From NCBI GenBank assembly GCA_964019335.1, contig OZ025658.1:757566-821565 (forward strand): a stretch of DNA of 64,000 nt. Reading direction: 5' to 3'. The stretch is from Diplonema japonicum. Its lineage: Eukaryota; Protista; Euglenozoa: Diplonemea. The notes below the pieces were generated by a model that saw only the letters and a program-made list of their open reading frames with translations, had not been told where the DNA came from and ran no database searches. Shown one piece after another: positions 41,201 through 52,559 of the stretch. Position 1 is the first letter of the stretch; each line of letters starts with the position of its first letter. The position numbers were made by a program, and so were the translations under genes.

Positions 41201-44200
41201 GTGGTGTTGGTGGATGGGACGACGTCCATGAAGAGTGCGTTCGGTCGCCACGGCAATGGCTACCAGGCGGTGATGGAGCTCCTGCGGGACTGGGCCAGGA
41301 AGCTCCCACTGTCTGGGGATTCTGGGGATATAGCAGCGTCCTTGAAGGTCGACGACGGTGTCCGAGTAGGTATTGTTCAGTTCGCTGCCCAGGGCCGTGC
41401 TGCAAAAACCGGCCCCACAGTGGGAAGCGGCGGTCACGTCACCGGCATGCTATCTGAGCTTGAGGCGGACCTGGACCACCACGAGTCGAAGATGATCGAC
41501 ACCGACGACGCATACATAGCGGACGCCCTGCACCTGGCGCAGGCCATGTTCACAAGACCCGAGAGGAAGAAGGTACTGATCATGATCTCTGACAGCGTCA
41601 TCATTGACGCTGGGAGGGCTGAAGTGAACTCTGCTGTGAGCGCTTTGTTCGGTGCTGGGGTGAAGGCGTTTGGCGTGCTGCTGCGCCCTGCTGAAGCCTT
41701 CCCGTCGACGGCGGGGGACGCGAGGGATGCGATGCTGAACGTACTGAGTGATGTGAGGGAGGAGCACTTCTTGAATGCCCAAATTGAAGATTTGAAGACC
41801 ATCCTTGATACTTTGTGCGACCCCTCACAGCAGTTCGGGCGCTTGATCGCATCTGCTGAGGGTGGTGCCGGTGTTTTGAAACGCAAGAAGCCCTGTCCCA
41901 ATTACATTGAGAAGCACGACTGCAACAAGGATGCAGCTTGCAGGTGGAGCGCTTCCCTTCTGTTGTGCTCCGATTCTGCGTGCCTGCGCCACTGTGACGA
42001 AGACGTTTGCAGGGCTGACACTTCGAACCTGTGCGAGTGGGATGCAACCAAGGCCATCTGCTTCAAGAAACCCATCTGCGACCATCCGATTTCGGAATGT
42101 GCGGCTGACCCTGGTTGCGAATGGAAGGCTGCAGACTCTGTTTGTGTGGAGAAGAAGTGCCAGCATCAAGCTGCGTCTGGCTGTCAAAGCGACCCCGTGG
42201 GCTGTATCTGGTACAGCCATACGGATCGCTGCTTGCCGCGCCCGTGTACGTACACCACCGAAACATCTTGCAACCTTGATGCTGTGTGCACGTGGGACGT
42301 CACAGTTGTCGGGACACAAGCGTGGGCCCCCTGCATCGAGAAGCCTTGTACTACGACCGATTCCACCGAATGCTTGAGGGACGAGAGGAGATGTCAGTGG
42401 GAGTCGAACAGGTGCGTGACGAAGCCGTGCGTGCAACACTTGAACGAGAAGACCTGCAACCATGATGAGGGCTGCCACTGGGACGTGAGCGAGTCGCCGA
42501 CGACCTGCACTGAGAAGCACTGCAGGAGGTTCAAGTCCGTGGGCACGTGCAACAACGACACGAAGTGTGCTTGGAGCGGTGCCGACGATCTCTGCAAGGA
42601 GGTGGTGTGTTCAGGCCTCAGGGACCAGTGTGCGTGCAACGATAGGGAATTCTGCACGTGGGACAAGGGGAGCGCGGTGTGCAAGCACGTAGACTTCGGG
42701 GCCTGCCCGTCGATGGACGTGGCCATTCTGCTCGACGGTTCGAAATCGATGAGCGAGTATTTCAGGCACCACTCGCAAGGCTTCGACGCCATGATTGAGG
42801 CGCTGAGGGATTGGTTCGAGTCCCTGCCCCTGACGAACCAGCCCGCGGGGGCTGCGGCAACGCTGGCCTCTGGTACGAGGATCGGCCTCATCCAATTTTC
42901 CGTTCCCAACAGCGCCCTAAAGACGCCACCTGGGACAGGTACAGGTGGACGCTTTTCTGGGAGTCTCGCAGAGCTGCAAGCGGACCTGGACTGGCACGAG
43001 GACAACTATGCCATGCAGCCACAGAGTTACATCTCGGAGGCCTTGAACTACGCGGGCTTGATGTTCCAATCGGCTGCTGCCAGCGGAAGGGCAAAAATCC
43101 TGCTCATCCTGATAAACGAAAAAATCGACGATGCCTCGCAGCTGAATGCTGCAAGGGCCGTCTTGGAAGGACAGGGCGTAGTGACCCTTGGTGTGGTGCT
43201 GAGGAGGTTCCCTGAGCACACGCAATCAGACATAGATGCAGGACAAGTGCTCTCGACCATCGTGTCCGAGCCGGGGGACGACCACTACATGAACATTCCG
43301 CTGGACAAGTTCTCAGACAATGTGCTGAAGGACTTTTGCAACCCGAACAGCGAGTTCGGAAGGGTGGTCCTGGCCTACCAGGGGGCAACAGGGGCTGGGC
43401 ATGTGCCGTGTGGCTCTTACAGAGAAGCAGCCACCTGCTGGAAGGACGGGTTGTGCTTCTGGAATGACTTTGACGTTGCATGCCAGTGGAGCTCGTGCCA
43501 CAAGCACTGCTCGCAGGCGACCTGCGAGGCGCACAGGGACGAGCAGGACAAGGCTTGTTCGTGGACTAGCGGGAGCTGCGGTAGGGTGGTGGAGTGTACG
43601 GAAACAACGGAGGCTGAGTGCAGGGCTGCAGAGTGCTACTGGGACACGACAGTGGAACCCACTTGCATTGTGATGCCGTGCACAGCGATCTCAGAGGACG
43701 GTTGCGTGGCGGACGGGTGCGAGTGGGACGACGTGGTCACTGTTTGCAAAGCAAAGGAGTGCAACGAGAAGAAGCAGATGCCATGCGACGCCAAGGAGAA
43801 CTGTAAGTGGGACGGCGCAATCGATCAATGCGTGGAGAGGCCGTGTGTGCCGTACAAAACGCAGGCAAACTGCGAGAAGCACTCCTTCGACTGCAAATGG
43901 GAGGGTGGGCTTTGTACTGTGGTGAATGGGTGCGTTGTTCACACAAACGAGAAAGAGTGCAACACGGACGGTGACTGTGAGTGGAAGACCGCGCACTCGC
44001 CCGCTCACTGTGGTGTGCAGGTGTGCAGGAAGTACGGAACGGAAACGGATTGCGAAGCGACAGATAAGGGCGCCCTGGACGGTTGCGCCTGGGACAGCAC
44101 CGAAATGAAGTGTGACGAGGGTGTGATCCTTTGCAAAGACGAGACCACGCCGTGTTCATGCGGCCAGACGCCCGGTTGCATGTGGAACGCAGAGGCTTCG

Positions 44201-47128
44201 AGGTGCGGGGCGTCGATGTTCGCGAACTGCCCCGCCGTGGACTTTGTGGTCGCGATCGATGGTTCCCTCAGCATGGGCGATCGCTTCGGGCGCCACCCGC
44301 ATGGCTTCTTCGCGGTGACGGAGATGGTGTTGAACCTTGCGGAAAGGCTGCCCCTGACGGGGGAGGCTGCGAGTGTGGCCAGCAACGCGTCCCTTGCTTC
44401 TGGTTTCCGTGTCGGTATGGTGCAGTTCTCAGCACAGGCGGTGAAAACCCCTACCGGGACTGGAACTGGGGGCAGACTGTCCGGTGTTCTTGCTGAGATT
44501 GACGACGATGTGCACTGGCACGAGGGCCAATTCACCACACACGCGACGGACGCCTCGTACCTCACCCAAGCGATGGAGATGGCAGCGAAAATGTTTGACA
44601 GCTCGCCTGCAGACAGGAAGAAAGTGCTGCTGGTAGTCGCCGACGGAGACATCCCTGACGCGGAGGCTAGCTCGATGGTGACGGTGCAGGGGCTTCTGGA
44701 GCAGCAGAGAGTGCAGGTGTTTGCCGTTCACGTCAGGCAGTTTGATACCCCCAGCCCGCAGGATGAGAAAGCCGCCACACAGATGGAGGCTTTTGTGACA
44801 AACCCGTCAACCAGCCACGCACAGGGTGTGACAATGAGAGAGCTGGAAGATGTGTTCACGAACCTTTGCAATGAGAGCAGCACCTTCGGTTACTTCCTCT
44901 CCAAGCACGGGGAGTCCGTGCATAAGAGCCATTGTTCGGAGTGGACAGTGCTATCAGGCTGTGAGACTGACAGCTCCTGCGCCTGGAACATGGTGAAGGA
45001 GTCATGTGTAGCGAGCTCTTGTGTGCAGCACTGCACCCAGGAGTCGTGTGCGGCCGACGTTGGAAACATGTGCGGCTGGGATAGTGCCTCGTGCTCGAGG
45101 AAGGTGTGTGCCCACCCCGTGAGGGACACGTGCAACGCGGTGCAGGGCTGCAGGTGGATCACTGGTGTGACCGGTGTTGAAGAGTGCGCGCCTGATGTGG
45201 GCTGCCCCGCCAGGTACACAGAAAACCTGTGCGTTGCCGACGTGAACTGCAAGTGGGACGCCGTGGGCAGCCTATGCAAGGAGAGGCACGGTTGTGTGGT
45301 ATACACTTCCCTCCCGAAGTGCAACGCCGACGGGGAGTGCGCTTGGAACACCGCCACCGCGCAGTGCGAGGACAAAACTGGATGCGCTGTGCACACAGCC
45401 GAGCAGACCTGTACCCCCGATGCTTTGTGCAACTGGGACGCGGTGAACAGCGTGTGCGTGGAAAAGAACTGTGCGTACTACAAAGACGTGACAGCGTGCG
45501 AAGCACCGGAAGTGGGGGGTGCCTGCAAGTGGAACACCACGGATGGAAAATGCATAGAAGTGGCCGGCTGCGCATCGTACAACGCTGATGCGGGATCGGC
45601 ACATGCCAACTGCAACAACGACATCGCGTGTGAGTGGAAGGAGAATACTTGTGTGGATAAGTATGGATGTGCGAAATACCTTGCGGAGGTGATCTGCGAC
45701 AGGAGCAGGGACGAGAATGGCGTGCAGTGCGCATGGAACGGCACCGTGTGCGAGCAGGCAAAGGGGTGCGCCCGCCACACCGACAGCACAACATGCTTTG
45801 GCAGCCCTGCCGGGAACTGCGACTGGTTCACCGGTGACGACATGGGGACAGCCAGTGGCGAAGCGGTGTGCGCCGAAGAGTGTGCGGCGAGGACCTCCGA
45901 GCCTGTGTGCACAGAACAAGCAGGCTGCGGTTGGGTCGACGGCAGCAAGTGCGTGAAGTTAGGCTGCGCGGTGCACACGATGAAGCAGCCCTGTGACGAC
46001 GACAGCAGAATCGGCGGGTGCGAGTGGCTGCCCGACGAGGCAAAGTGCATGCCCAGGAGCCCTGGTGCGTGCTTTATGCGGGACACGAAGGAGTCCTGCA
46101 CCGCGGGCACCAGTTCTGAGCTGAACAAATGCAAGTGGGTAGAGGCGAACGACAAGGATGCGGCACCTGAGCAACTTGACGGGGCGTGTATTGTTAACCC
46201 CAACCATGGAAAGTGCGGTTTAAGTAACGCAGAATGCTGCAAGTGTAAGCCCGGGTGGTCAGGCCCTGAGTGCAACGTGTGCGGCTTCGACGAGTCGAGC
46301 GACAGGGAGGTGTGCACGTTGTGCAGCAGGGAAGGCACCTGCTCGGGGCACGGGAAGTGTGGGGAAGACAACCTGTGCGTGTGCGACGGCGGGTGGACCG
46401 GGGCGGACTGCAGCCTCCGAGGGTGTGCAGACACGGCCCCCTACTGGTACACGGCGTACCCGAACCAGCCACTGAGGGGTGAGACTTTCAGCTTAATCAT
46501 CCATGGGTGCTTCAACGCAAGCAGCACGAAGGACCGCGTCGTGCGTGTAGTGAACGCGACGACAGGGGACCCTGTCGAGGACTGCAAGCAGACAGCCTCG
46601 CAGTGCACGGAAACAGAGGTCAACAATGGGCTGAAGATTGGTGCAGGGGACTGCATGAAGGCGGTACAACAGAACACGTCGTTGGTGGAGCCCGTGGCGG
46701 AGATGGAGCTGCTGGTGGACGTGACAGCGACCTTCGAGGCGACAAGGAACGAGTACACAGTGTGCTGGTTTGATGGGACCGGCTTCAAGCCGCTTGTGAC
46801 GCACGACCGCGATGGGGACAGGAAGGACACAATCAAGGTCACTGCCGAGCGGGATGCTGATACCGGTCTCGCAACCGAGAGGGCCACACCTGCAAGTGAG
46901 GAGTGCTGCGAGGGGCTGAAGCTGGGTGAGCTGTGCCTCCCTGCTGCCCTGGTACTTGTGCTGTGGATTGTGCTCGTTGCCCTCATCGTCTACCTTGCCT
47001 TCTTCCTGGTCAAGAGCCAGAAGGAAAAGGCCGAACTGGACGGTGGGTCCAACAAGAAGTTCGACGACTTCGAAATGGAGGACGGCAACCGCACCATGCT
47101 CAGGGACGAAGACAAGGTGGTCAACTAG
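8230..47128 (+). CDS. Giant (~12,970 aa) type-I membrane adhesin-like protein with C-type lectin, 18 vWA, EGF-like and Cys-rich repeats; one frameshift at ~21892 joins ORFs 8230-21963 and 21620-47128
   Basis: Signal-like N-terminus MHRTMMLLSLAASCHG. The EGF-like repeat register continues across the frame change (DECQEATQKC / PAGQFCFDQD..YICEC). 18 CPxxDxxxxxDGSxSM-type vWA starts. C-terminal hydrophobic helix ALVLVLWIVLVALIVYLAFFLV, followed by a short charged tail and TAG. Confidence 0.9.
8620..9200 (+). other. C-type lectin domain 1 of the giant protein
   Basis: GHFYEY..W.DAQ..C..GYLVTITSQDEQ..WIG..EGEWRW..YENWESGEPN..WND..GYVCEW. Confidence 0.85.
10630..18350 (+). repeat. vWA domains 1-5 interspersed with C-x-D-x2-C-x-W mini-repeats
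   Basis: vWA starts near 10630, 12610, 14510, 16120 and 17700, all with an intact DxSxS MIDAS motif. Confidence 0.88.
18694..23960 (+). repeat. ~32 tandem EGF-like repeats (DEC...C...GQxCxD...W-x-C-x-C-x2-P)
   Basis: Counted by eye: 20 DEC-type units begin before the frameshift and 12 after. Confidence 0.85.
24915..44890 (+). repeat. vWA domains 6-18 with Cys-Trp mini-repeat spacers (~1.5-kb period)
   Basis: Starts near 24920, 26470, 28845, 30400, 31915, 33460, 35010, 36545, 38110, 39625, 41180, 42700 and 44225. Confidence 0.88.
27995..28400 (+). other. C-type lectin domain 2 of the giant protein
   Basis: TGHYYRYY..TWEDAKQAC..GYLMTVTSDTE..GWMG..WTWSTGPE..YENWMSGEPS..GYACEWG. Confidence 0.8.
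46930..47010 (+). other. Transmembrane helix of the giant protein
   Basis: LCLPAALVLVLWIVLVALIVYLAFFLV followed by KSQKEK. Confidence 0.85.
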
Positions 47129-47830
47129 TAGAAGTTACTAGAAAAAGTGAGCTGAAGCCGGTGAAAAGCCGGGAGGGTCTTAAATCAGCTCTTAAATCAC
47201 CCTTTTGTATGTTTTGTGTTTTTTTTTCTCCTTCAAAAACCTTTTACTTCTAATTCATATTTCCTCTCTTCCCTCCCTCCTCCACCGCTCTTTGATCAGA
47301 TGCCGGGGATCCAAAAGACTTACCCAAGTTAAAGCTGAAGTAGCTTTCTGGGCAACAATCTCGTGGCCTTGGTCGCCAGAGCAGGTGTTTAGAGAACGGG
47401 ATCTTGACTTCTTGGTCCTAGTTCTTGTTCAACGTAACGTTCCTTTTAATTCGCGAGATGGAAAGTTGTGCAATCCTATTGCCTCTCGCTGCTCTCTCTC
47501 CTAGCCATCGTTTGCCGCACAACGGGGTCTCGGTCCTAGTTAAATGGTGGCGCATGCACACAATACCACAACAAGCCGAGCAGGTGCCCAAAGATCATGG
47601 GCACCATTGTGGCTTTTAGGTGTTTAGCATCTTACAGAATTTAGAAAAAAGAAGAAGAATAAAAAAAAAAGAATCCATTTTTTTTTGTTGCCAACATGTA
47701 AAGGGCGAACAAGACGGACGCCCTCCACTCAGAATCACATATCTATCTATCTCCCAATTTTTATTTTACTTTCTTTTAACACTGTTAACACTTTGAACCA
47801 AGGTGCTTTTTTTTTTTTGTCCCTCTCTTC

Positions 47831-47877
<47 letters not shown>

Positions 47878-47906
47878 GACCCCTTCCCTGCTGAGAAGTT
47901 TAATGG

Positions 47907-47941
<35 letters not shown>

Positions 47942-48146
47942 AAGACATATTTGGAAAGTCTTTTTTTTACTTAACTTGGGGTTCCCTATTTGTTTCTTCT
48001 TCCTCTTCTTTTGCCCTTCTTCCCCTCTCTTTCTTTTAGGGTGGCCGCTGTGTCACATACCGCATGGCACCACTAAAATCGAGACTACCTTTTGTTTCCT
48101 CTAAATCTATTTGCATCACATTCTCCGTGACGCGATGGGTTTCGTC

Positions 48147-48180
<34 letters not shown>

Positions 48181-49212
48181 AATGCTTTGAACCGCGGTGC
48201 TTCTTTTTTTCCTTCTATCTCTCTCCGTCACTTTACAACACAACAACAAACACAATCAAAAACTTGATTTTCACCAAATGCTTTGAACCAAAGCACTTTT
48301 TCCCTTTTTATTTTCGCTGCAACGCCAAATAGTGTTGCAACGCCCAGCACTCGTTCTTGTTTCACTTTTAATTTTGCACCCTAGGAATACAGAGACCCTG
48401 CCAATTTCTTTTTTTTTAAAAAAGAACAAAAGGAAACAAATCCATCTAAGAGAAAAGGTTAAAGAACAACAAAAAGCGAGTGTTCCAGGCTCTCTTCGTT
48501 GTACCGCCTTTTCTGTGGATGATTTCCTTTTCTTTTTAAAAATTGTATCCTGGGGGGGGGGGGGGGGGGGGGGCTTGCCTTTCTTCTTGTCACAAAAGAG
48601 GAACTGACCGGGTCTCCTCCCCCTCCCATTATGTTCCCTTCCTTACTTTCTCTTTTTCATTTTATTATTTTGTTTCATTGCGTCAAAATTGCATCAGCCA
48701 AAGGTGTAAAAAAATAAAATAAAAGAAATGAAGGCCTTCAAAAGCAACGACGGTTCAAGCAGCACAGTCCGGCCACTTCGAGACAGTTAAATAACTCGTC
48801 GAAAGGGCGAACAGTGACTGAGAGGTGCGACTCACTCCGCCATGGGACTCATCGGCAGCCAAGTCGCACGTGACTAGTAAAGGGACAAGCGGAAGGAGAA
48901 GGAACAGAAGGAAGCGTTGAAGAAGACCGATACGCAGGGTGACACCTGGCAAGAGAGTTCACGAACTACAAGGGTTTGCACTAAAATATTAGAAAGAGCA
49001 CAGATAGGGAGACACAAATCCACACAGTACACAGAAGCTGTGGCTGACACCAGCTGTCCTGCTAGCTTGCTCCTCTTCGTCACACACACACCAAGATCAA
49101 GTGTATTTTCTCTTCTTGTTCTTCGAATTGTTCATTGGCCTTCGTGACCCACTCCTCAGCGACTTTGTTCGCCCCAACTATGGAAAAATAAAATTCAAGG
49201 TATTGGGGATGG

Positions 49213-49607
49213 TTGGTCTTTTACGCCTTTGATGTGAGTAACCCGCAGCAGCCGAGGCTTCTGGGAACGTACGAATTCAGAAACAAAAGGGGAACTGTCC
49301 GTTGCGCCCTCTCTCTACACGTGATCGGGACAGTCGCCTACGTGGGATCGGATTTGAATGGGTTCATGGTGCTCGATGTGAGCGAGCCTTCTGCGATCAC
49401 GCTCATCGGCACCTTCGAGATCTCTCTAAGATCGAAGGGGTGTTCGTGTCTGGAACGACGGCATATATTGCAAGCCTCTCAAGGGGATTAGTCCTGTTCG
49501 ATGTGGGGACACCTTCTTCCCCCACCCCTATTGGTAACCTGAGGACCTTCCGCGATGCGACTGCGGTGGCTGTGAGGGGTGCCACTGCCTACGCTTGGAG
49601 TACATAA
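49213..49607 (+). pseudogene. LVIVD-repeat beta-propeller gene fragment, frameshifted at ~49420
   Basis: YAFDVSNPQQPRLLGTY..VIGTVAYVG..GFMVLDVSEPSAITLIG, then in the -1 frame VFVSGTTAYIAS..GLVLFDVGTPSSPTPIG. No start codon or signal peptide; stops mid-repeat. Confidence 0.75.
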
Positions 49608-50327
49608 ACATGGCATGTTCCTTCCCTTTGGCTCTTCCTTTGTAGAAGTACTCGAATCCTTGATGCTCCGTGGCTGGGAGCTTTCTTTTCTGTTATTTCC
49701 CTCCTTCTTTTCTTCTGTCTCTCCTTTTGCAGATATTGAAAACGAAAAGGAACAGAGACATGAAAAAAGAAGGCGATAGAAGAAATTTGTTTGGGGCATA
49801 TGATAGAACGGGAAAATAATTTTCCTCTTCTGTATTGCCCTTCCTCCTCTCTTTATTTTGTTTTTCTCTCTCTTTTACAAAGAAGTGAACGAGGGTACGC
49901 AATCCCGCTTCGTTACCTTCATTTACCTTGTATTTTGGTCTTTTTTATAAATTTGTTTCAATACGCGATTGTCCTGCACCTTTCCTCCGTGGAACCTGAT
50001 GTGAACGAATAAAGATAGGAAGGACAAAGAAAAATGAAAGAGTATTCTGGTCTCAACTCTTTTTTTTTTTCTTTCCACCTTTCTTTTTGTCTTTTTCTAT
50101 TCAGTCTTCTTGGCTGTTTCTCAGCTTCTCGGCACCCGGCATGACATCGAAAGGTTGCTTTTGATTGTTGGAAAGGAAGGAACACGAGGCACCCGCGTGC
50201 CAGTTTTTTTTTTTCTCCCATTTCCCTTTTTTACCTGTCTCCTTCTTCCTTCCTTTCCCCCCAATCATCCCAAAAAAAAAAACATTTTGAACACGCCGAC
50301 AGCTTGAAAAGAAAAAAGAGGAAAAAA

Positions 50328-51974
50328 ATGCTGGCCCGAATCCTGTTGTTGTGGTTGTTCGCTGTTGTGGTTGTTGGTGCGACCGTCGAGGAGCTAGCAC
50401 GGATCGGCGGGGCGGGCCCGCTGGCGGGGGAGACCTCTGCGGACCTGGCGAGGTCGGGGGACCACACGTTCAGCGTGATGACGGACGATTCGGTGAGGAT
50501 CACGAATGTAGCAGACAAGGGAAACCCTGTGGAGGTAGGGATGCTAAAGCACAGCAGCGGGAGGGCAGCCTCTGTGCTGACGGACGGGAACCTGCTGTAC
50601 GTGTCGTACCTGCACGCACTGATCGTCTACGATCTGTACCCGGACCCCGCTGCCCCAAGGATGCTGCACACCTTCCTTCCCCCTCCCGACGCCGACCTGA
50701 ACTTCTGGCGTGGGATGACTCAGTCTGCCAACCACATCTACGTGTCGTACTTCCACAGCCCCACCACCACCGAGTCCCTGTACGTGCTTGCGAAGGGGAC
50801 CCTCATGCAGGTGGGGGTTTCGGTGTTGTCGACGACAGGCTCCTTCGTGCTGGACATGACCTACGCGGACAGGAAGGTGTACGCGACCACAGAGCAGCTC
50901 ACCCCCCAGGGCAGCGTCTCTGTGCTGGACGTGTCGGACCCCACGAACCCCCACGAGGAGTCTTCCTTCGCAACGCCGGACATCGACTTCAACAGGGTTG
51001 TGTTCCACGAGGGCTTCCTGTACATCAGCAGGGTCGACACCAGCACGGACATGCCGCTGAAAATCAACCCGACGACAGGGGCCCCCGTGGCGATGACGAT
51101 GCCTGCCTTCGTGCACGATTGCGGGGATATCCGCTTCTACAACTCGAGGGTGTACCTTGCCTGCTCCAACAACGGCCTCGTTGTGTTGGAGGAGACGGCG
51201 CCCAACACCTTCACCCTCCTTGCAAGGGACGAGGCGAGGTCCCCCTTCACCCTCCTGCCCAGCGGCGGCTACCTTTTCGTGAGCGACGCGACGGACAGGC
51301 TTGCGATCTACGACATTCCGGATGCGGCTGTGGAGCTCGTTGGGGGCATCGTACCTTTTGCGAAGCAGGTTGTGGAGGGAGCCTCCTCTTCTGCTGTGGA
51401 GGACAAGGTGAGCGGGCAATGCTGGGAGAGGATCCCCGAGTGGCTTGCAGGGTCGACAGCGTACATGGGGGTTCACGGGGGCAAAGGGATGTCCCTGAGA
51501 CTGTCGTGCCCTGCGACTGAGAAGAACTACTACCCCTGCACCTTCTATGTGACACTGCACAACTGCCTCCCGTGCAGCTCCTCTACCAACGGAGGCCTCC
51601 CGAAGGAGTTGCTGGAGGCTGGCTTCGAGGCTGCGGGCTGCGGGCCGAGGTACATCCCAATCTTCCCCGGTGCCCCCGATGATGTCCGCAACCACCCTGC
51701 CGCAATCTTCAAGCTGCAGGTGGAGAGAGGTACGGAAGCCATTGAGCTGCCCGTGTCCAGGGAACTCCTCCACGTCGCGGTGTTCGTGCACTCCTCTGGA
51801 CAGCAGTGCTCCTTGAAGAACGCCGAGGCGTGCGCCGCAGCCTCCCGGGTGTGCGAGTACGACAGGAAGAAGAAGAAGTGCATGGACAAGCCGATGTGCC
51901 CCACGAGGACAGGACCTCAACCCACAGGGCCACAGGGGCGCAGGTGCATGTGCTTCGCCCTCCCGCTGTTCTGA
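50328..51974 (+). CDS. Secreted LVIVD-type beta-propeller protein with C-terminal unnamed Cys-rich domain
   Basis: First ATG is at 50328, giving signal peptide MLARILLLWLFAVVVVGA. Repeats VSVLDVSDPTNP, LIVYDLYPDPAAP and VYLACSNNGLVVLE. The C-terminal ~180 aa resemble the N-terminus of the tyrosinase ORF. Confidence 0.85.
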   Translation: MLARILLLWLFAVVVVGATVEELARIGGAGPLAGETSADLARSGDHTFSVMTDDSVRITNVADKGNPVEVGMLKHSSGRAASVLTDGNLLYVSYLHALIVYDLYPDPAAPRMLHTFLPPPDADLNFWRGMTQSANHIYVSYFHSPTTTESLYVLAKGTLMQVGVSVLSTTGSFVLDMTYADRKVYATTEQLTPQGSVSVLDVSDPTNPHEESSFATPDIDFNRVVFHEGFLYISRVDTSTDMPLKINPTTGAPVAMTMPAFVHDCGDIRFYNSRVYLACSNNGLVVLEETAPNTFTLLARDEARSPFTLLPSGGYLFVSDATDRLAIYDIPDAAVELVGGIVPFAKQVVEGASSSAVEDKVSGQCWERIPEWLAGSTAYMGVHGGKGMSLRLSCPATEKNYYPCTFYVTLHNCLPCSSSTNGGLPKELLEAGFEAAGCGPRYIPIFPGAPDDVRNHPAAIFKLQVERGTEAIELPVSRELLHVAVFVHSSGQQCSLKNAEACAAASRVCEYDRKKKKCMDKPMCPTRTGPQPTGPQGRRCMCFALPLF

Positions 51975-52559
51975 ATTGGCGTGTTTGTCTCTCTTTTTTC
52001 TTTTTTTAAGAATAACAATAATAATTATAAAAAAGATTTTGACTATATCTTTTTTTCATTTACACACTACTTCCCTTCTTTTCTTCTTCTTCTTTTTGCC
52101 CCTTTCCTTCTTGTCGTTCAGCACAAAGAAGGAAGTCGTTAAAAAAGAATACAGAGCACGGCTAATGCCTTGGGCATCCCCGGCCTTCGCTGGTGGAGCT
52201 GGCGATGCAATGCAACGGCGGTTGCTGCTTTTTTTCCCCCCTCTTTTTTTTCTAGTCTAGAACCCTTTCTTTTTCTTCCCTCCACCCCTCCCGTCACTGA
52301 GGCCCCCGCCTACTGGGACGGGCTGCTCATACCGTATCTAATATATACTGCTGACACTTCAGTATACTTTCCTCTCCGCTAAATCTTTTGCTGCCCTTCA
52401 GGGTAAGTGCAGAAGAGCATCTTTCAATCTTTTTTCTTCTCTTTTTTTTCTCTTTTTTTTTTCAATTTTCATGCGTTTGCCTGACAACTCGCCTCCCCTT
52501 ATCCATGCACACTCAAAAAAACAGGTTAACCTACACACACACACCCCATCCTACCAATA

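Noticed and set aside
47280-49150. Moderately GC-rich patches (47280-47620, 48730-49150) as genes or element remnants
   Set aside because: No coherent ORF or motif that I can recognise.
52289-52322. Small hairpin cccgtc...gacggg as a possible snoRNA
   Set aside because: Short stem and no convincing box motifs.
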